From Nitrososphaerota archaeon (lineage in GTDB: Archaea; Thermoproteota; Nitrososphaeria; Nitrososphaerales; UBA213), in the NCBI GenBank assembly GCA_002713325.1, contig PAWD01000008.1, forward strand, positions 192,244-256,243: DNA of 64,000 bases, read 5' to 3'. Each line of letters opens with the position of its first letter. Position 1 is the stretch's first letter. Positions 16,452 to 25,548 of the stretch are shown here, piece by piece. The notes under the pieces are model-generated. The model was given only the letters and a program-made list of their open reading frames with translations, was not told where the DNA came from and made no database searches. Position numbers and translations under genes: made by a program.

Positions 16452-17022
16452 AGTTTATACTAGATACCTGCGACAGAACTACTTTTCCAGAATCAGTTAG
16501 GGCATACATATAGGGCTTCACGTTCGTTTCTCTAGTAACATAACCTAAATCAAAAAGCTTCTTCATAAGTCTCGCCGTGTGCTCTCTGGATCTACCAGTA
16601 ATAATTTCTATCTGCCTTGAAGTCTTCGCCTTCTCCACTAATAGCTCAAGCACATGGTTGACCAACCGTTTACCCTCCTGCTCCAAATTTCTCTGTATGA
16701 TTTTTGAACTGTGACTAACATCACTAACATCACGAATTACATCACTAACATCACGAATTTTTTGTGATTGTTGTGACATATTATTGGCTATACGCAGCTC
16801 TAACATGTCGAGTCTGACACATATATCTACTAACATTCCCTCATATTCCTTAAACTTACCTTCATATCCCATAAACGTCTTCGACGTAGATGACCTATAT
16901 TTAATGAAGAACGTGATGCTCAGAAGACCTATGATATAGGTCACCACAAACATCAATACAACCTCTATCTCAACTAACATCACAACCATAACTACTATGT
17001 GATATATCACCATACAAGCCAA
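16441..17022 (-). CDS. Membrane-anchored MarR/wHTH-like protein with an internal tandem repeat
   Basis: 193-aa ORF; the true start is probably an internal Met. It has an N-terminal TM segment FVVTYIIGLLSITFFIKY, a coiled linker, and a C-terminal wHTH TSRQIEIITGRSREHTARLMKKLFDLGYVTRE. Confidence 0.55.
   Translation of the reverse strand: MACMVIYHIVVMVVMLVEIEVVLMFVVTYIIGLLSITFFIKYRSSTSKTFMGYEGKFKEYEGMLVDICVRLDMLELRIANNMSQQSQKIRDVSDVIRDVSDVSHSSKIIQRNLEQEGKRLVNHVLELLVEKAKTSRQIEIITGRSREHTARLMKKLFDLGYVTRETNVKPYMYALTDSGKVVLSQVSSINSNA
16718..16759 (-). repeat. In-frame 2 x 21-bp perfect tandem repeat, encoding (I)RDVSDV twice
   Basis: acatcactaacatcacgaatt occurs twice on the + strand, giving KIRDVSDVIRDVSDV in the minus-strand protein. 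Confidence 0.9.
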
Positions 17023-17066
17023 CTATCATTGATAATTTACTCTTAACCATTCTTTCTTCATCTCAA

Positions 17067-17426
17067 TCATACCTTACTCAACTTTTTTACTAGCTCATCA
17101 ATAACACATATCACATCACGTGCCACCCATTCATCAACATCACTTCCTTGCGTCACAAGCACTTGCTTGGCCAGACGCTGAATCACTTCTTTTCCCTTCC
17201 CATCTAACAAACCTATAAGCTCCATCAGCAGAACGCTGTATATGACACCCCTAATCTTTGTTCTACTCTGCTCCAATAACCTGTAATATGCACCTCTACT
17301 CTTGTTATGTGCATATCGCTCCCCTTTGAGTCTTTTAGATATTATCTCTAATTGTTTGTCTGTTATTAGAGATTTTTCAATTATAAAGCGCATAATATCA
17401 TTATTTTTCAATTTACTATCACCCAT
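17067..17426 (-). CDS. Small HTH protein (sigma-70 region-4/Tfx-like)
   Basis: 119 aa. ITDKQLEIISKRLKGERYAHNKSRGAYYRLLEQSRTKIRG resembles the LuxR/Tfx-type HTH. Confidence 0.4.
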   Translation of the reverse strand: MGDSKLKNNDIMRFIIEKSLITDKQLEIISKRLKGERYAHNKSRGAYYRLLEQSRTKIRGVIYSVLLMELIGLLDGKGKEVIQRLAKQVLVTQGSDVDEWVARDVICVIDELVKKLSKV

Positions 17427-17476
17427 CTTGTTACCAGATCTGTATAGCTAATCAGGATAATAAAGATAAATCTTAC

Positions 17477-18241
17477 ATGGTGGATACTGAAACAATGGGA
17501 TCGATAGAGAAAAGGATCTGTAGAGAAGCCAAACAAAACGCCCTCTGCTTTGTCCTATTAGATTCTGAATCATTATCAGATAAGATGGCCATTGATCTAG
17601 TGAAGAAGGCAGAGAACGCAGGTGCTAGTGCAATACTTGTTGGCGGATCATCTACAATAGATCAGATTGAGCTTAACCAAGTTGTATCATCTATAAAAAA
17701 AACCATTCAAATCCCAACTATACTCTTTCCAGGCAACGTAACGGGAATATCACCAATGGCAGACGCCATACTTTTCAGTTCTTTACTAAACTCTGAAAAC
17801 CCATACTTCATAACACAGGCCCAGGCACTTGGTGCCATTGCAGTAAAAAAATACAATATAGAGGCCATACCGATGGCTTATATTATAATAGGTGAAGGAA
17901 GCTCTGCCTGGTTTGTAGGTAGAGCTAGGGGTATACCTTTTGATAAACCAAAACTTGCTGTAATGTACGCCCTTGCAGCTCAATGTATGGGAATGAGATC
18001 ATTATACCTAGAAGCTGGGTCCGGCGCTTTACATCATGTAAAACCAGAGATGGTTACCGCTGTAAGGAAGAATTTTAATGGTTTATTGATAGTTGGAGGA
18101 GGCATACGAGATGTGAAAACTGCAAGAGAAATAGCTCAAGCAGGAGCAGATATAATAGTTATAGGGACCGCCTTTGAGAAAACGAACTCTGACAAACTAC
18201 TGAGAGCTGTAATAAAGACAATAGTGTCTGTGAAGAGATAA
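17477..18241 (+). CDS. Geranylgeranylglyceryl phosphate synthase (PcrB family)
   Basis: 254 aa: ILVGGSSTID, LFPGN, YLEAGSGA, LIVGGGIRD. Confidence 0.9.
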   Translation: MVDTETMGSIEKRICREAKQNALCFVLLDSESLSDKMAIDLVKKAENAGASAILVGGSSTIDQIELNQVVSSIKKTIQIPTILFPGNVTGISPMADAILFSSLLNSENPYFITQAQALGAIAVKKYNIEAIPMAYIIIGEGSSAWFVGRARGIPFDKPKLAVMYALAAQCMGMRSLYLEAGSGALHHVKPEMVTAVRKNFNGLLIVGGGIRDVKTAREIAQAGADIIVIGTAFEKTNSDKLLRAVIKTIVSVKR

Positions 18242-18705
18242 CTAAAATATTAAACCTAAACCAACACAGTTTCCAGCAAAGACTCTTTAAATAAATTCAC
18301 ATTCATACTTCATATCAACACAGGTAAGAACCTCTAACTCTTCTTCTTGACACACTATACAGTAACATTACCACCAACTCAATTTCTCTCACACTCGTCA
18401 TCACAAACACAGTCTACGTTCACGAAAGGCTCACTATTAACATCGTATAGATGTCAAACCGGAGGAACCACACACCCTAACACTGATTATTATCAGCTAA
18501 CATAAAATCATTTTATCCTCTCTAACACCAAATCTTTTACAATACGAATTTGATTAATAGAACACTATAGGTGTAAAAGTACTTGATACTGAAAAGTTAT
18601 AATTTTCAATTCCGGGTTAAGAGTAGTAATTTCTATAGAAACAATTCTACACGTCTGGTAATTTGACAATACATATTAATCATTATTACGGGACTGCAAA
18701 TTAGA

Positions 18706-18888
18706 ATGCGTTGTATGATATGTGGGCTTGTTTTTGCTTTTGATAGAGGAAAGGGTATTAGTTATAGGAACAAACCTATCTGTGATGAGTGTTTGTTGAA
18801 CTTAATGATAATATGTTTGGACAAGCATAAGGACGGAGTGAAGCGCTACATCAAACAAGAAATAAAACTGGAACACTATAGTGATTAA
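18706..18888 (+). CDS. Possible small zinc-binding protein
   Basis: 60 aa with CMICG...CDEC pairs. There is no other support. Confidence 0.3.
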   Translation: MRCMICGLVFAFDRGKGISYRNKPICDECLLNLMIICLDKHKDGVKRYIKQEIKLEHYSD

Positions 18889-20271
18889 TTACGATTTAAT
18901 TATCTGTATGTAGTCATATGCTTCAACATCATTATCAAATGCGTAATGTATCTTCTGGAAAGCTTCACGGTAGTCAGCAACGTCATCACTCACCTTACTC
19001 GGTTCCTCTTTACCTATGATAACTCGTTTTATGAAAACAGCTAACTCCTTCATATCACTCTCCTTCATTCCCAACCGTGTTATCTCTGAAGTACCAAACC
19101 TTATACCTCCAGGGTGCATATAGTGCCTTCCAGCCTTAATATCTCCAGGTAATAACTGCCTATTACATATAATACCCGCTTTCTCTAAACTCTCCTCCAC
19201 AGTACCACCATCACCATATTCACTCACATCAACCACAATCTGGTGTGATTTTGTAAACCCATTCTTCTCTGCAAGCACATTTAAACCAGCATTATAAAGC
19301 GATTGTGCAAACATTTTAGCGTTTTTTATTACCTGTTCTGCATATTCTGTTCCAAACTCCAACATCTCGGCGAACGCTATGGCCTTCCCTGCTACATGGT
19401 GTAAGTGATGATTGCTAGTATTTCCTGGAAACGTAGATTTCTTTATCATTTCCGCATGTTTTTCAGAACTAAGAATAATCCCTCCCTGCGGTCCGAACAA
19501 CGTCTTATGCGTACTCATGGTCATAACTTCGGCCCCCTCCCTTAACGGATCTTGGAATTTCTTTCCAGCTATCAAACCTGCTACATGTGCAGCATCATAA
19601 CATATGAAAACACCATGATTTTTAAGATAATCTGCAAGTTCTTTTACAGGGTGGGGGAAAAGAAACAAACTCCCTCCAAACATAGCCATTTTAGGTTTCT
19701 TTCCACCTTTGATCAACTGTTCTATCTTTTTCTTACTGGCATCCACATCAATATTCATCTCTTCCTTATCAAACACGAACGTTTCGATAGACAACCCCCT
19801 AACAAAACCAGCTGTACCAGCATTCTCTTTTCTACCATGTGAAATGTGTCCCCCGCTAGGGATAGATAATGTAAGCATGATGTCAGAAGGTTCTGCAAAT
19901 GCAGCGTAAATAGCAAGGTTTGCACACACCCCAGACACAGGTCTTACATCAGCAAATTCTGCTTCAAATAACCGTTTTGCAAGACTCATACAAATCAATT
20001 CAACTTGGTCTATGTACACGCAACCCGCATACACTCTTTCTCCAGGCCAACCCTCCGCATACCTATTACCAAAATCACTCATTATTGCCTCTCTCACAGC
20101 TGGGCTTGGTACATTCTCACTCGCAATAAGAGGCAAAGATCGCTTGAACCAGTTATGATGTTCCTTTATAAGCTTAAAAACATCATTATAAGAATTTTTA
20201 GACCCGCCCATGTCTCGTCTCATCATATGCCTTAATTTAAAATATTTGTTAATTACGTGTTTAATCATCAC
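18889..20271 (-). CDS. glyA: Serine hydroxymethyltransferase
   Basis: PLIASEN, SGGHISHG, and the PLP-lysine context STHKTLFGPQGG. The true start is probably one of the internal Mets (MMRRDMGG), giving about 440 aa. Confidence 0.92.
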   Translation of the reverse strand: MMIKHVINKYFKLRHMMRRDMGGSKNSYNDVFKLIKEHHNWFKRSLPLIASENVPSPAVREAIMSDFGNRYAEGWPGERVYAGCVYIDQVELICMSLAKRLFEAEFADVRPVSGVCANLAIYAAFAEPSDIMLTLSIPSGGHISHGRKENAGTAGFVRGLSIETFVFDKEEMNIDVDASKKKIEQLIKGGKKPKMAMFGGSLFLFPHPVKELADYLKNHGVFICYDAAHVAGLIAGKKFQDPLREGAEVMTMSTHKTLFGPQGGIILSSEKHAEMIKKSTFPGNTSNHHLHHVAGKAIAFAEMLEFGTEYAEQVIKNAKMFAQSLYNAGLNVLAEKNGFTKSHQIVVDVSEYGDGGTVEESLEKAGIICNRQLLPGDIKAGRHYMHPGGIRFGTSEITRLGMKESDMKELAVFIKRVIIGKEEPSKVSDDVADYREAFQKIHYAFDNDVEAYDYIQIIKS

Positions 20272-20329
20272 TAGTAAGTTTAAAATATGTGTAAATTGTA
20301 TATTTCTTCTATAATTTTAGGTGTTATAT

Positions 20330-21997
20330 ATGGCAACTGTACAACAAGCTACAACAAGTAACGGAATGCCCGTGCTTATTCTAAAGGAAGGTTCGAGCCA
20401 GAATAAAGGAAAGGAAGCACAGAAAAACAACATAATGGCTGCTAAACTAATAGCTGAAATGGTTAGATCATCACTGGGTCCAAGGGGTATGGACAAAATG
20501 TTGGTAGACACTTTAGGCGATGTTACCGTAACGAATGATGGTGCAACTATTTTGAAGGAAATTGATGTACAACATCCTGCTGCAAAGATGATGGTAGAAA
20601 TATCCAAGTCTGTTGACAACGAAGTTGGCGACGGTACAACATCGGGAGTAATTTTTGCAGGTGCACTAATTGAATTGGCCGAAGAACTGATCAATAAAGA
20701 TGTACATCCAACAATAATTGTGGACGGATATAGGAAGGGTGCTGCAAAAGCAATTGAAGTAATGGGTAAAATTGCACAAAAGGTGGATCCAAAAGACAAA
20801 TCATGGTTGATCAAAGTCGCAAAAACATCCATGCAGACGAAACTAATATCCTCAGAAGCTAATGAATTATCAAACATCGTAGTTTCCGCTGTATTGCAGG
20901 TCGCAGTCCAAGTTGATAAGGATTTCCGAGTCGACATTGACGATATAAAAGTAGAAAAGAAACCAGGCGGATCAGTACGTGACACTGCGCTGATAAAAGG
21001 TATTGTTCTTGATAAGGAAGTTACTCATGGTGGTATGCCAAAGCGTGTGGAAAAGGCAAAGATTGCATTGCTGAATGCTCCATTAGAGATCGAGAAGACA
21101 GAATTTGATGCAAAGATAAGTATCTCAAGTCCAGATAAGATGAAGATGTTTCTTGACGAAGAGAACAAATTGCTCAAAACCATGGTCGATCAGATTGCAC
21201 AGAGTGGTGCTAATGTTGTTATATGCCAGAAGGGAATTGACGACATTGCTCAACACTACTTGGCTAGAGCAGGTATACTAACAGTAAGAAGGGTGAGGGA
21301 AAGTGATATAGTGAAACTTGTAAAAGCAACCAAGGGAACAGCTATTACAAACTTAGAAGATCTAACAGCTGATGATTTAGGAACAGCAGATCTTGTGGAA
21401 GAGAGAAAGGTGGAAACTGATAAATGGGTCTTCGTAGAGGGATGTAAGGAACCAAAGGCTCTTACAATACTGATAAGAGGAGGCTCACAGAGAGTTGTTG
21501 ATGAAGTTAATCGTTCATTACACGATGCATTAATGGTAGTAAAAGACGTCATGGAGAAACCAGCTATTGTTCCTGGAGGAGGAGCACCAGAAGCATATGC
21601 AGCAGCAAGGTTGGCTGAATGGGCTAACACACTGTCTGGTAGAGAACAATTAGCAGCTCAGAAGTTTGCAGAAGCGTTAGAAACTATACCATTAATCCTT
21701 GCAGAGAACGCTGGTATGGATCCAATAGATACAACAACTGAATTAAGATCAAAGCAAAGCAAAGGACAAAAGTGGACTGGAATAGACGTTAGGAACGGCA
21801 AGATCGTTAACATGGTTAAGGGTGACATTGTGGAACCATTAGCGGTAAAGGAACAGATAATCAAATCTGCTACAGAAGCTGCAAGTATGATATTGCGTAT
21901 AGATCATGTTATAGCGACAGCAGGCTCTAAGGTACCACCTGGAGGCGGACCGAGCGGAATGGGTGGAATGGGCGGACACGGCGGACACGGGCATTAA
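20330..21997 (+). CDS. ths: Thermosome subunit (group II chaperonin)
   Basis: GPRGMDKML, VTNDGATIL, GDGTTS, and a C-terminal GGMGGMGGHGGHGH tail. The ATG at 20330 is preferred over the GTG at 20321. Confidence 0.95.
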   Translation: MATVQQATTSNGMPVLILKEGSSQNKGKEAQKNNIMAAKLIAEMVRSSLGPRGMDKMLVDTLGDVTVTNDGATILKEIDVQHPAAKMMVEISKSVDNEVGDGTTSGVIFAGALIELAEELINKDVHPTIIVDGYRKGAAKAIEVMGKIAQKVDPKDKSWLIKVAKTSMQTKLISSEANELSNIVVSAVLQVAVQVDKDFRVDIDDIKVEKKPGGSVRDTALIKGIVLDKEVTHGGMPKRVEKAKIALLNAPLEIEKTEFDAKISISSPDKMKMFLDEENKLLKTMVDQIAQSGANVVICQKGIDDIAQHYLARAGILTVRRVRESDIVKLVKATKGTAITNLEDLTADDLGTADLVEERKVETDKWVFVEGCKEPKALTILIRGGSQRVVDEVNRSLHDALMVVKDVMEKPAIVPGGGAPEAYAAARLAEWANTLSGREQLAAQKFAEALETIPLILAENAGMDPIDTTTELRSKQSKGQKWTGIDVRNGKIVNMVKGDIVEPLAVKEQIIKSATEAASMILRIDHVIATAGSKVPPGGGPSGMGGMGGHGGHGH

Positions 21998-22230
21998 ACG
22001 TAATCAAGCCCTCTTCTATTTTCTTTTAATTCTAATTTTATAATATCTTTAACCCATAAACCAGTATCTTTAACCTTCAATAATCTCTCTAGGTATTCTT
22101 TCCAAGATAGTTTACAGTAAGCCTTGCACCAAACACCATAGTTTTGCTTTAGCACCTTATATGCTAGTAGATGGTATTTGCAAAAATCTTTTGATTCTAC
22201 TTTTCGATTACAAGCTTGGCATTTTACCAT
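21994..22230 (-). CDS. Small Cys-rich hypothetical protein
   Basis: 78 aa. The N-terminal CQACN...CKYH looks like a zinc knuckle. Its 3' end overlaps the thermosome stop by 4 nt (convergent). Confidence 0.4.
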   Translation of the reverse strand: MVKCQACNRKVESKDFCKYHLLAYKVLKQNYGVWCKAYCKLSWKEYLERLLKVKDTGLWVKDIIKLELKENRRGLDYV

Positions 22231-22419
22231 AGAACATACAATATAATGGATTTATCTATGTAAGTTTAGTGTTATCTTGGCATCATAACATATCATCCTT
22301 AACACCATCTTAAGTCTAGTTTTATGAATATAATGACTATTAGTTATAGAAAGGAATGAAGTAGGATCTTTCTATCTTTTTCATAATTTACAATATATCA
22401 AATTATATTAATAGACCCC

Positions 22420-22764
22420 TTGGTAATCAGGTGTATGCAATTCAGCAGGACAGTTTCTATCACCAGTACGATCTACTTAATACTCATGTTTGCCCTTGCT
22501 TCTGGTTCTATTCATGCATTAACAGAAGGTAGCAGATCACAAGACCAACTCCTTCTAATTCCAGAAAGAGGAACCCAATCAATAACAGAGGCCGTACTTG
22601 GTACGATGCTCCTCTTCTTCGGTCTTGCAGGCGTTTCTTTCATACATAGATCAACAAAACCACAAACAGCAAAAACACAGAAAATGCTATTTATCGCAGG
22701 TTTTGTAATAATGGCGATTGCACTCTTGTCAGGTTATCTGTTACTGCAATTCAAGATGCAATAG
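22420..22764 (+). CDS. Hypothetical membrane protein (3 predicted TM segments)
   Basis: 114 aa with hydrophobic segments. No family recognised. Confidence 0.4.
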   Translation: MVIRCMQFSRTVSITSTIYLILMFALASGSIHALTEGSRSQDQLLLIPERGTQSITEAVLGTMLLFFGLAGVSFIHRSTKPQTAKTQKMLFIAGFVIMAIALLSGYLLLQFKMQ

Positions 22765-23437
22765 GTATCTGCTCTTTTGTTAACAACATTTTTGTTGAAC
22801 TGATCTTCAACTTCCTATGTTTAAGTAAATTAATTTCCAAGGCACCATCCAAAAGATCCACCATCAATATAACGCCGCCTTTAGTTTCAATGAATCTTCT
22901 ATTCGATGGAACTAGAATCCACTCTGTTGTTTTTCTTTGCCTTATCATACTAGTTATCAATAACCTGCTACCAAGCCTACTGGTGTGATCTAATAAAAGC
23001 GAAACATATGAACTTAGTAAGTGGTTTAAGGAGCCGACCTTTACTCCATCGTATAGATGATAAAAAGAATTTAGCGAGTCTATTATTACCAGAGCAACAT
23101 CGGAGTTTATCCTAGAACAGATGTCTGAGAGTAGCTCCTCAAACTCATTTGCAGAGGGCGTATATATCAATAGATCATTCACTTCAGAAAAATTAAAGAC
23201 ACCATTTCTAACATACGATGTAAAAGTAGTATCAAGATCTATGTATATGACATTACCACTACGCAGAAATTCAGACACAGTACTGTAGATAAAACATAGT
23301 TTAGAAAAAGGCTTCATAAACAAGAGTGAATTAAGACTCTTTTCGTCAAGTAAAATACGTATATCAGAAGTTTCTATTTTGGTAACCCCTGATTGGGATG
23401 CAGCTAGGTTGATATCTCCGAGACTCTTAAATGGCAT
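22751..23437 (-). CDS. RecA-superfamily (RadB/KaiC-like) paralogue lacking a recognisable Walker A motif
   Basis: VIYIDLDTTF, the Walker-B-like LVIIDSLNSFYHL, and LLITSMIRQRK follow the RadB/KaiC strand order, but no GxxxxGK[ST] is present. ATG 23435-37 is preferred over the TTG at 23482. Confidence 0.5.
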   Translation of the reverse strand: MPFKSLGDINLAASQSGVTKIETSDIRILLDEKSLNSLLFMKPFSKLCFIYSTVSEFLRSGNVIYIDLDTTFTSYVRNGVFNFSEVNDLLIYTPSANEFEELLSDICSRINSDVALVIIDSLNSFYHLYDGVKVGSLNHLLSSYVSLLLDHTSRLGSRLLITSMIRQRKTTEWILVPSNRRFIETKGGVILMVDLLDGALEINLLKHRKLKISSTKMLLTKEQIPIAS

Positions 23438-23465
23438 ATTAACCCTAACTTCCAAGTGGTATAAA

Positions 23466-24632
23466 ATGGATATTGATATCAATATATTGAAAGAAGATTT
23501 TCCAATAATGAAGAAAACAGCCTATATTAACAACGCATCATACACACCAGTACCTTTTTACAGTATAAAGGCAATGACAGACTTCCTTGTGGAATGCTCT
23601 CTAAATGGTCCAGATTCACCAACAGTTATAGATGATATAGAGAAGAGAATAAAGAAGACCAGGAACGAAGTTGCTAAATTGCTCAACTGTAGTGCTAATG
23701 AGGTTGTATTAACACAAAGTACCACAGAAGGCCTAAATTACATTGCCAATGGCATTCAATGGAGAAAGGGAGATACTGTAATAATAAGGGATGGCAATCA
23801 CGAACACCCAGCAAATCACATTCCTTGGCTCAGGTTGAAAAAGAACGGCGTTAAGGCAAAGAAGATGCAAATAGACCATAACGGCTTCTTTAACATCAAA
23901 GAACTGAAGGAAGCATTAGACGGTGACAAAAAAACAAGGCTAGTTGTGTTTAGTCATGCATTATTTAACACTGGCTCAATACTACCAGTAGAAGAGATCG
24001 GAAGGATAACTACAAAAAAGAAGGTTATGTTCTGCTTAGATACGGCCCAGACGGTTGGTTGTCTGCCTGTCGATGTTAAGAAGATTGGATGCGATTTTGC
24101 TGCATTTCCAGGCTCAAAATGGCTCTGCGGTCCACTAGGCATCGGCATTCTTTACTGTAGTAACAAGTCATTCGAGAAGGTTGAGCCCTTACACAGTGGA
24201 GGAGAGTCTGCTTTCATACTTGATGATCAAAGTATAGCGTACAAGAATATGCCTGACAGAATGCAAGCAGGTTTTAGAAACTGGGTAGGGATGGTCGGGC
24301 TTAGTGCTTCCATACGTTATATCATGCGTTTAGGTATAAATAATATAAGAAAAGCGAACATGGAGCTTGCGAATATCTTCAGAGAAGAACTAAAGAAGAT
24401 GCAGCATGTGACTATCTACGGAGTGGAGGAAGAAAACAACCGAACCAGCATAATATCATTCAATGTGAACAGATTTGAAGCTGGTGATGTAGTTAAGAGG
24501 TTGGAAGAAAACGGAATTATATTCGCAAAGAGGGATATCTCCAAGAAGAATGTTGTTAGAGCATCCCCACATTTCTTTAACCAGATCGGAGAGATGCAAA
24601 AAGCAATAGAGATAATCAAAAAACTACAGTGA
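23466..24632 (+). CDS. Class V aminotransferase / cysteine desulfurase-like PLP enzyme
   Basis: YINNASYTP, TEGLN, HALFNTG, and FPGSKWLCGPLGIGILY (PLP-Lys context). ATG 23466 is preferred over the TTG at 23379. Confidence 0.85.
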   Translation: MDIDINILKEDFPIMKKTAYINNASYTPVPFYSIKAMTDFLVECSLNGPDSPTVIDDIEKRIKKTRNEVAKLLNCSANEVVLTQSTTEGLNYIANGIQWRKGDTVIIRDGNHEHPANHIPWLRLKKNGVKAKKMQIDHNGFFNIKELKEALDGDKKTRLVVFSHALFNTGSILPVEEIGRITTKKKVMFCLDTAQTVGCLPVDVKKIGCDFAAFPGSKWLCGPLGIGILYCSNKSFEKVEPLHSGGESAFILDDQSIAYKNMPDRMQAGFRNWVGMVGLSASIRYIMRLGINNIRKANMELANIFREELKKMQHVTIYGVEEENNRTSIISFNVNRFEAGDVVKRLEENGIIFAKRDISKKNVVRASPHFFNQIGEMQKAIEIIKKLQ

Positions 24633-24729
24633 TTGATTACCTTAACCCTTTACAACTACACCCGGGACGAATTTAGATTCTAACATCTCCACCTAAACTT
24701 GATATTATATGTCATGATAAAGCCATTGA

Positions 24730-25371
24730 ATGAATGTTATTGATTTAACGCAAACAATTCACTATAATATGCATATTTTCGAATCAGATCCCAAACCTCT
24801 AACAATTCCTTGGGCAAAAATGGATACTCATGGATATGAATCAGAATTGATCTTCATGAGTTCACACACAGGTACCCATATAGATGCACCATACCACTTC
24901 TCTCAAAATGGAAAGAGAATAAACGAGATTCCTGTAGAGACTTTTGTAACTGATGCACTTTTACTCAGGTTAAATAAGCATACAAAGGAACACATTATGA
25001 AGGATGATATAGTAAACCTTGATAGAAAAACAAGGATCGATAAGGGCAAGGCCGTAATCCTTTCAACTGGGTGGGAAGAACACTCCAACAGAAATGATTA
25101 TCTAATTGGTAATCCAGGATTGTCCAAAGAAGCAGCAGAATACCTTATTGCCAAGAAAGTAAGCATCGTGGGTATAGATTCTGCTAACATTGATCATCCG
25201 GACGCAGATGACTTTGGAGCTCATAAAGTACTTTTGCAGAAGGGAGTGTTAATAGTCGAAAACCTTTGTAATTTGAAAAAGATAAAACAAACAAGATTCA
25301 AACTTATAGTGTTACCTTTAAAGATCGAGGGAGCTACTGGTTCTCCTGTAAGAGCCGTAGCATTACTATAA
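24730..25371 (+). CDS. Cyclase family protein (kynurenine formamidase-like)
   Basis: 213 aa with the HxGTHxDxPxH motif SSHTGTHIDAPYHF. Confidence 0.8.
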   Translation: MNVIDLTQTIHYNMHIFESDPKPLTIPWAKMDTHGYESELIFMSSHTGTHIDAPYHFSQNGKRINEIPVETFVTDALLLRLNKHTKEHIMKDDIVNLDRKTRIDKGKAVILSTGWEEHSNRNDYLIGNPGLSKEAAEYLIAKKVSIVGIDSANIDHPDADDFGAHKVLLQKGVLIVENLCNLKKIKQTRFKLIVLPLKIEGATGSPVRAVALL

Positions 25372-25548
25372 CTATTTTTCAACTTATTCTCCGGATTCCA
25401 TAAATTTACCTCGGGCACAACTCTGATTTCTCTGTAGGTTTAATAGTAAACTACGTAACCGTAATAACAATAAAAAGTAATTACTTCATTAACAATATAT
25501 TGTATTTCCTTAGCGACCGTGTTTCATTTTTTATTTAGTTAGCTTTTA

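Noticed and set aside
20317-21864. Antisense ORFs of 222, 124 and 68 aa within the thermosome gene.
   Set aside because: These are the same shadow-ORF phenomenon opposite a highly biased, well-supported gene. The translations are low-complexity.
23379-23482. A 104-nt overlap of the divergent RecA-like and aminotransferase ORFs as listed in the track.
   Set aside because: Both listed starts are TTG. In-frame ATGs at 23437 and 23466 give non-overlapping genes with conserved N-termini, so the overlap is an ORF-calling artefact.
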